Origin: Candidatus Doudnabacteria bacterium
GTDB taxonomy: Bacteria; Patescibacteriota; Doudnabacteria; UBA920
Assembly: GCA_003151625.1 (NCBI GenBank)
Contig: PLYC01000013.1
Span: forward strand, 29,210 to 93,209
DNA length: 64,000 nucleotides
Reading direction: 5' to 3'
The position numbers and the translations under genes are program-made. The notes beneath the pieces were generated by a model. That model was given only the letters and a program-made list of their open reading frames with translations. It was not told where the DNA came from and made no database searches. Of this stretch, positions 58,701 through 64,000 are shown piece by piece (the stretch's first letter is position 1; each line of letters begins with the position of its first letter).

Positions 58701-59582
58701 TCATAAAAAATCAAACAACTTTATTCGCCTGGAAGTATCCACCATCAATTTTACCGGCTTGGATAGCTTAACTGTTTCGCGGGTAGCGTAAATCTCGTCA
58801 ACGAATTTATGCTGGTCTTTAAGTAATAAGGTGTTGGTAGTGGTAATCCTTAAGGTATTTAAAAGCTGTGGCCGGTTAGTATAAATATTTAGCCAAAAAG
58901 ATTGTTCCATTTCGGGACTTTGAAAAATTATTCGTAAAGTCCTATTTTTAATTTGTTCCTGCTTAAGAAAATTCTTGTACCGTTCCACCTTGCGGAGCAT
59001 GGCCAGTTTGCTTTTTTGGGTGCGTTCCAGTTCGCTGTAAACTATTTCCGTTTGGTTTGCGTGGGTATAGAACACTGTATAATCTGGAGTTAAGGCTTCT
59101 ATGGTCTTATCGTCCATAAAGTCCGTTCCTTGGGAGGCTATTTCGCCCTTAAATTTAATGCCTAAATCCATTGTCTGGTTTTTTGCTTCCAAGCTGGCCA
59201 GTTCCACTATTTGCTTTTCATGCTCAAACAGGCCGGAAGAAAACAGGATTTTGGGCGAGGGGTATTTGGCCAGTTGGCTGGGGCTGTAAAGGTTATTCTG
59301 GGCCAAAACTTTTAGGCCTGACCGTGATAGCGTGTAGTATATGGGTATGCCAGCTAAAGAACCGCTAAAGAGCTTAAAGCTGTCTAAATATCCAGCTTGC
59401 CACATCCGACGGAGCTTGAGATAGATATACTTGCTTTGGTCGCGCTGCGACAGGAACCTAGCAATATGCCAACTTGCGGCTATCTTGAATTCAAAGACAA
59501 GGCCCAAAATTTCCAAAGTGGATTGGTTTAATTTTAGGTTATAGATTTTGGTTTCCTTGCGCGGATTTAACTGAATTTCCAT
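58701..59582 (-). CDS. Replication-relaxation family protein (wHTH + PD-(D/E)XK)
   Basis: N-terminal wHTH, YYTLS..G, H, LTPD, SELER, KVERY; directly behind the VirD4-like gene. Confidence 0.7.
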   Translation of the reverse strand: MEIQLNPRKETKIYNLKLNQSTLEILGLVFEFKIAASWHIARFLSQRDQSKYIYLKLRRMWQAGYLDSFKLFSGSLAGIPIYYTLSRSGLKVLAQNNLYSPSQLAKYPSPKILFSSGLFEHEKQIVELASLEAKNQTMDLGIKFKGEIASQGTDFMDDKTIEALTPDYTVFYTHANQTEIVYSELERTQKSKLAMLRKVERYKNFLKQEQIKNRTLRIIFQSPEMEQSFWLNIYTNRPQLLNTLRITTTNTLLLKDQHKFVDEIYATRETVKLSKPVKLMVDTSRRIKLFDFL

Positions 59583-59615
59583 ACAGTTTGAATTAAGGGA
59601 ATTTTATTACAAAAA

Positions 59616-62372
59616 TTAAACTGATTCCGACTGGATGTCTCCCCTATCCGGCGCGGCAGCAGTCTTTTTTTTGTTCATGGCTTTGTTAAATTGCTCTTCG
59701 TTGTCGCTTGAGTAATATATGGAGTTTACAGCAGTGCGCTCCCAAACAATATCGTCTTGGGGTGTGCCGTATTTGTCCATAGCCTGGGATATGTAATAGT
59801 CTTCGGTTTCTTTGGCGTTGTCCGTGTGATGTTCGGTTTTTTGGATGTTTATGGACATAGCGTCCTGCGGCACGCCCTTAACCAGGGTTTTAATGTATGC
59901 CGTACCCGTGGGCAGATTAATAATGTCCTCAACCAAAGCCTTGCCGCCTAAAATCTTTTCGGCGATCTCGGCGTCATCTACCGACTGGGTGCGCATAAAG
60001 ATTTTAGTGGCAATGTTGGATTCTATGGATTTTTGTATTCTTTGGTCCAACTGGCCCATAAATTGGTTACTAATAACTAATGCCGTGTTAAAAGCCCTGA
60101 CTTCGGAAAACAGAGTTTCAAAAATATCACTGGCCACCCTTTGGAATTCGTCTACTACAAAAACCGTCGGTTTTCTCTGCTCGCTAGCCAGTCTGGCTTG
60201 GCCAAAGATAGCCTCGGCAATATGAGCGGTTAGGTAGACAGAATAGTACTTTTTCATCTGTTCGCTGGAAGAGCCTAAATTGGCGATAAATATCTTGCCC
60301 GTGTTAATCATGTCCTCAAAAGATATTTTGGCTTCTTTTCGGTCTACAATATTCATAAACTCCGGGTAGTCCAGGAATTTGCCCAGCTTGTTGTTAGTGG
60401 TGGCCAAGTATTTGGCCAAGTCATTATTACTACGCTTTAAAATTGAGGTAGACCAAAAGTTTTGTAAGCGTGGGGGCAAATAGGCTATCAGTCTGCCAAT
60501 TTGCTCGGGCTGGTGAAGGAGCATGTCCAAACCGGACAGTGATTGTTCCGGCAAAATGTAGGCCGTGGCAAATAATTGCCTTAAGATGTTTTCCAGTTCC
60601 GGCCCCCAGGAGTAGGCGGAGTCAATTTGCACAAACCGTTTCATTATGGAGATTAAAAATTCCAGTTTTTCCTCGTCGGTTTTGCTGCCGGAAAACTTGG
60701 AAAAAAACGGAAAAGCCAAAGGCCTGTCTTTTTGCCTTTGGGGATTAAAGTAAATCACATCAGCTTTCCTGCTCTCGGGAATCATAGTTAATAAGTCCGT
60801 GGCAAAGTCGTTTTTGGGGTCGACAATCAACATGGCGGGTTTTTCGCCACCTTGTTTCTGTAAAAGACTGTGGAGAATAGTTTTTAGGGTTTCCGACTTT
60901 CCCGCTCCTGTGCCGCCTAAGATGTAGATGTGCTTTTTCATATCGTCCCAGGTGGCTATGCCGATGGGGGTTTCGTCTTGCATACGGAAGTTAGACTTCC
61001 CCAAGGACAGGAAAAAGTTGTCGGGATATCTTCTGATTTGCTGACTGGCAGGGAGTTTTTTAAAACGGGTAAGGTTAATGGAGGAAACAGTTTCCTCCTG
61101 GGTATTGGGCAAATGCCAAAAGGAGTAAAGCTCGCCGTCCGAAATCATCTGCCCGTAGTTTATGAATTTGGCAAAGGGCCACAGTAAAAATCGTCTTAAG
61201 CGGAGCACCGGCTTGGCGGCAACTATATCTGTCAGCCAGCCATTTTTCTCTAGATTGTCCACCTGTTTCGTAAATAGCAGCCTGTGCTTTAAGGTATTCA
61301 TATTTTTTTGGTTCAGTTCGGCCAGTGTACCCTGGATACTGCGGAGTTTGGCCTTTGACTCCTGGGGGTTGTCTGCTACGGTCCAGTAGGAAACTATTGT
61401 CTGAAACAGCGGGGCTTTCATTTTTTCAATCATGGCGCTGTTCAAGGAATTGGCCAGTTCCGAACCGGCTCCCCACTTTTGGATGGCAAATTTTTTGTCG
61501 CTTTGGTTTACGGCCCCTTGCTGTTCCTGCTCCTCAATGAGATAGTGGATTATTTGGTTAAAATAATGGGAGGAGGGAGAAACCAGGACATTGTAAACCA
61601 TAAATTGGCCTTTCTTCAGGCCTTCCATAACTGAGATAATGGAATCTACGGGGTCGCTGGAAACGTCTTTAAAAGTTTTAACTCTATGGAAAAACTTGCC
61701 TTCTATGGTAGTTTCCCCATAACTTAAAAACCCTTGTGGAAACTCTGTAAGTTCCTCAAGGGCTTTATCTTTGTCCAGCATTGTTATTTCCGCGCTTGGG
61801 TAGGCGTTAAAAATGGCCTTTTCCACGCGCTCAAAGTCCTTGCCCGGCACCTGGAGCCTAAAGGAGATAAAGGGGTGCTGGGCCCAGATTTGCATGCTGA
61901 AAAATATCTGTCTGGAACGCTTAACCTTCCAGATCCGCCACAGCTTTTGGAAGAAGTAGATAAAGCCAAATGTGCTGGAAAAATTATGCGCGCCCTCCAC
62001 CGGGTCAATGTATATGGCGTGGAAGGCTTTAAGGATTTTTTGCTGGATTTGAAAAGCCGTGGCTTGGGAGTTTTTGGGGATGGTAATTTCAAAATACAGG
62101 CTGGTGTCCAGCCATGCTTCCAAATCTTTTTTCTTTAGCTTTATCTTTTCAAAAGAGTGGCGGTTAAAGCCCGGAAGTTTGTCAAAAACGAACATGAAGA
62201 ACAAAATCGTAATGCCTATCCAGCCAGCGATATTTTCCCAAAACGGCATTCGGCTGAAATAGTAAGTCCACATGATTTGGCCCATAGTCATCGGGCCGTG
62301 AGGCGTGGTAAAGACATGTTGAAAGACATCAGTTGTGGCTGGATGAGATACAATATGATGTACTACTGCCAT
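59616..62372 (-). CDS. VirD4/TraG-like type IV coupling ATPase
   Basis: N-terminal TM, HIYILGGTGAGKS, IVDPK, VVDEFQ, SEVR, NQFMGQL. Confidence 0.85.
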   Translation of the reverse strand: MAVVHHIVSHPATTDVFQHVFTTPHGPMTMGQIMWTYYFSRMPFWENIAGWIGITILFFMFVFDKLPGFNRHSFEKIKLKKKDLEAWLDTSLYFEITIPKNSQATAFQIQQKILKAFHAIYIDPVEGAHNFSSTFGFIYFFQKLWRIWKVKRSRQIFFSMQIWAQHPFISFRLQVPGKDFERVEKAIFNAYPSAEITMLDKDKALEELTEFPQGFLSYGETTIEGKFFHRVKTFKDVSSDPVDSIISVMEGLKKGQFMVYNVLVSPSSHYFNQIIHYLIEEQEQQGAVNQSDKKFAIQKWGAGSELANSLNSAMIEKMKAPLFQTIVSYWTVADNPQESKAKLRSIQGTLAELNQKNMNTLKHRLLFTKQVDNLEKNGWLTDIVAAKPVLRLRRFLLWPFAKFINYGQMISDGELYSFWHLPNTQEETVSSINLTRFKKLPASQQIRRYPDNFFLSLGKSNFRMQDETPIGIATWDDMKKHIYILGGTGAGKSETLKTILHSLLQKQGGEKPAMLIVDPKNDFATDLLTMIPESRKADVIYFNPQRQKDRPLAFPFFSKFSGSKTDEEKLEFLISIMKRFVQIDSAYSWGPELENILRQLFATAYILPEQSLSGLDMLLHQPEQIGRLIAYLPPRLQNFWSTSILKRSNNDLAKYLATTNNKLGKFLDYPEFMNIVDRKEAKISFEDMINTGKIFIANLGSSSEQMKKYYSVYLTAHIAEAIFGQARLASEQRKPTVFVVDEFQRVASDIFETLFSEVRAFNTALVISNQFMGQLDQRIQKSIESNIATKIFMRTQSVDDAEIAEKILGGKALVEDIINLPTGTAYIKTLVKGVPQDAMSINIQKTEHHTDNAKETEDYYISQAMDKYGTPQDDIVWERTAVNSIYYSSDNEEQFNKAMNKKKTAAAPDRGDIQSESV

Positions 62373-62433
62373 AATACAGATTTAATTTTTAATCCACTCC
62401 CCCACCCCGCCGCTTCGCGGCGGGAAACTTTCT

Positions 62434-62733
62434 TCCACCCCCCCCCATTTCCCCATTTGTTTCAGTGTTTTAGGTTAGTTGGTAGTATTTAAGTTAGATT
62501 AGAGTTAGTTAGTATTTAGTTTAAGTATAGATATTAGTAGTTATTGGTTTTTAGTATTATTATTTCTTTGTCGTATAGTGGGAATCGTGGTGATAGTCAG
62601 GGATTATGGGTTAGGACAGAGGCAATGGAATTAGTGACTTTAACAGCTTTACTTGTTGAACCCGGATTCAACTAGCTGTTCAACTAGTTTATGCTCTCAT
62701 TTTAAATCAAAAAATAGCCTTGGGCAAGTTCAG
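62434..62733 (-). repeat. Right long inverted repeat
   Basis: Reverse complement of 40194-40498; directly upstream of the VirD4-like gene. Confidence 0.95.
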
Positions 62734-62758
62734 GCTGTGGCCAAGATTGTGGCCAAGG

Positions 62759-62950
62759 TTAACCATTGATGGTAAAATAAGTGCGACCTTCACTATCCAA
62801 GCACTCCACTATACAACTCAAGGGGACTTTCCCCACTTTTGCACGGGCGGCCTTAACGGCCGCCCATTGTTTTTGTGGGGTGAAAACAACTTTTTGATTT
62901 TTTAGGAACAGGTGCGAGCCGAAGATTTTTTGTGCAAAGACTTTTTTGGG
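62759..62950 (-). pseudogene. Start-less coding remnant, possibly the C-terminus of a large serine recombinase
   Basis: Open frame KKVFAQKIFGSHLFLKNQK...QWAAVKAA...VECLDSEGRTYFTING*; family assignment from memory only. Confidence 0.4.
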
Positions 62951-62988
62951 GAGACGCAGGGCGCAGGAAAGCCAAAACTTTTTTATAT

Positions 62989-63867
62989 TTATTTTGTAAA
63001 TTTAAAAGTTGAAAGGATTTGCATTAATTGACCCTCGTCCTCAAAAGTGTGATTAATAAATCTAATTTCTCCACAAATCTGAGAACCGGTAGTATTAGTT
63101 GAAAAAGTTACCCATTGTTTTACTAATTTTTTTTGACCCTGATCCATAACCAAAAGATTTTTTTCAATAAAATTGTTCCCATATATCTCAATTGGGTTAT
63201 TTTCTTCGATATATTGAGTAGGTCCAGAAGAGTTAAAAATAGAAGAGCAATTCAAATCTAATGAAATTTTACTGCCGCGGTTATAAGTCGCTATGCCAAA
63301 ATCCAAAAAATCAGGATTTTGTTCAACAAGTGGCCAATCTTGGGGATATTTAAACTCAAATCCATATTTTTTATTTTGATAACTATTCCAGGACGCTGTT
63401 TCTGACTTTGAATAATAAATAATGGGAAAACCTAAGCCAAGGGGAGACCTACTACTGATTATTAAGCCATCAGAAGTTTCCGCCTCGGCCCAAAAACTTT
63501 CGGAAGTTAAATTAGAGGGTATCGGAAATAACCACGTATCATCTTGAGTAGAGAGTCTTGAGGCGTTTCCAACAAAAATATCATCTGGAATTTCTCCTCG
63601 CCCAGTGTCAGCAGGCCAACGATAAATTTTAACCCACTTCAAATTTTTACCTACAACTTTTGCAGCCGCACCATCCTCGTAAGCAATCCAATCGCCATTT
63701 GCTCTCCATGACGGTTCAATACTTAAAGATAATGAAGCTACAGTTCGCTGTGCATGGTGGATTGTAATAGGGCCTAAATCCAAAACAGGCTGTTTGATGT
63801 AATAAACAGCCACTGTGATTATTGCCAAGGATCCTACAATCATTAAAGTCCAATTTTTTGGTTTCAT
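62989..63867 (-). CDS. Membrane-anchored surface protein with PsbP-like motif
   Basis: N-terminal TM, WNSYQNKKYGFEFKYPQDW, QILSTFKF. Confidence 0.7.
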   Translation of the reverse strand: MKPKNWTLMIVGSLAIITVAVYYIKQPVLDLGPITIHHAQRTVASLSLSIEPSWRANGDWIAYEDGAAAKVVGKNLKWVKIYRWPADTGRGEIPDDIFVGNASRLSTQDDTWLFPIPSNLTSESFWAEAETSDGLIISSRSPLGLGFPIIYYSKSETASWNSYQNKKYGFEFKYPQDWPLVEQNPDFLDFGIATYNRGSKISLDLNCSSIFNSSGPTQYIEENNPIEIYGNNFIEKNLLVMDQGQKKLVKQWVTFSTNTTGSQICGEIRFINHTFEDEGQLMQILSTFKFTK

Positions 63868-64000
63868 AAAATTTTTTTATTTTTTGCTCATTTTAACAAA
63901 TCTTCAATTAACACATCTAGCACTTTGGCTATTTTGGCGACCATCTGAACGCCCGGTTTTTTTACAAAGTCACCCTCAATTTTAGTAAGAGTGGAATATG

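Larger units (their letters stand above)
40145..62950. mobile_element. Putative integrative/mobilisable element bounded by ~300 bp inverted repeats
   Basis: IR pair, VirD4-like ATPase plus replication-relaxation gene, defence cargo, radC, ssDNA-promoter-like hairpins. Confidence 0.65.

Noticed and set aside
40194-62733. Classical transposon terminal inverted repeats
   Set aside because: No transposase, no target-site duplication seen, and homology continues outward into coding-like stubs.

Overview
This window is AT-rich bacterial DNA with a gene set typical of Patescibacteria/CPR (inferred from DUF5666, PsbP-like and Gmad2-like membrane proteins and SD-less core genes). 1-20.5 kb is mostly backbone: G1 peptidase, ahcY, tRNA-Tyr, P1B ATPase, ECF sigma with a MacAB-like operon, engB, tspO and VIT1. 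20.5-40 kb is accessory: duplicated ArsR genes, a defence-gene array delimited by direct repeats, small paralogous charged proteins, a Phd/RelE TA pair, radC, a DUF3800 pseudogene with a convergent small RNA, and GC-rich orphans. 40.1-62.95 kb is a ~22.5 kb segment bounded by a ~300 bp inverted repeat. It carries a PLD-SNF2 helicase, an N6-adenine MTase, a putative nuclease, a LexA/MBL/TM module, a tiny hyper-acidic protein, a second radC, a replication-relaxation protein and a VirD4-like ATPase. Inside it are two homologous ~160-nt hairpins built like single-stranded-DNA (Frpo-type) promoters. The best candidate for a new system is this CPR mobilisable element, with an ssDNA-expressed leading region and no intact integrase or mating-pair genes in the window. 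A TIR-less structured ~100 bp element also sits at AATAA immediately after stop codons in 3 copies. All family calls come from motif recognition by eye; no database searches were run.
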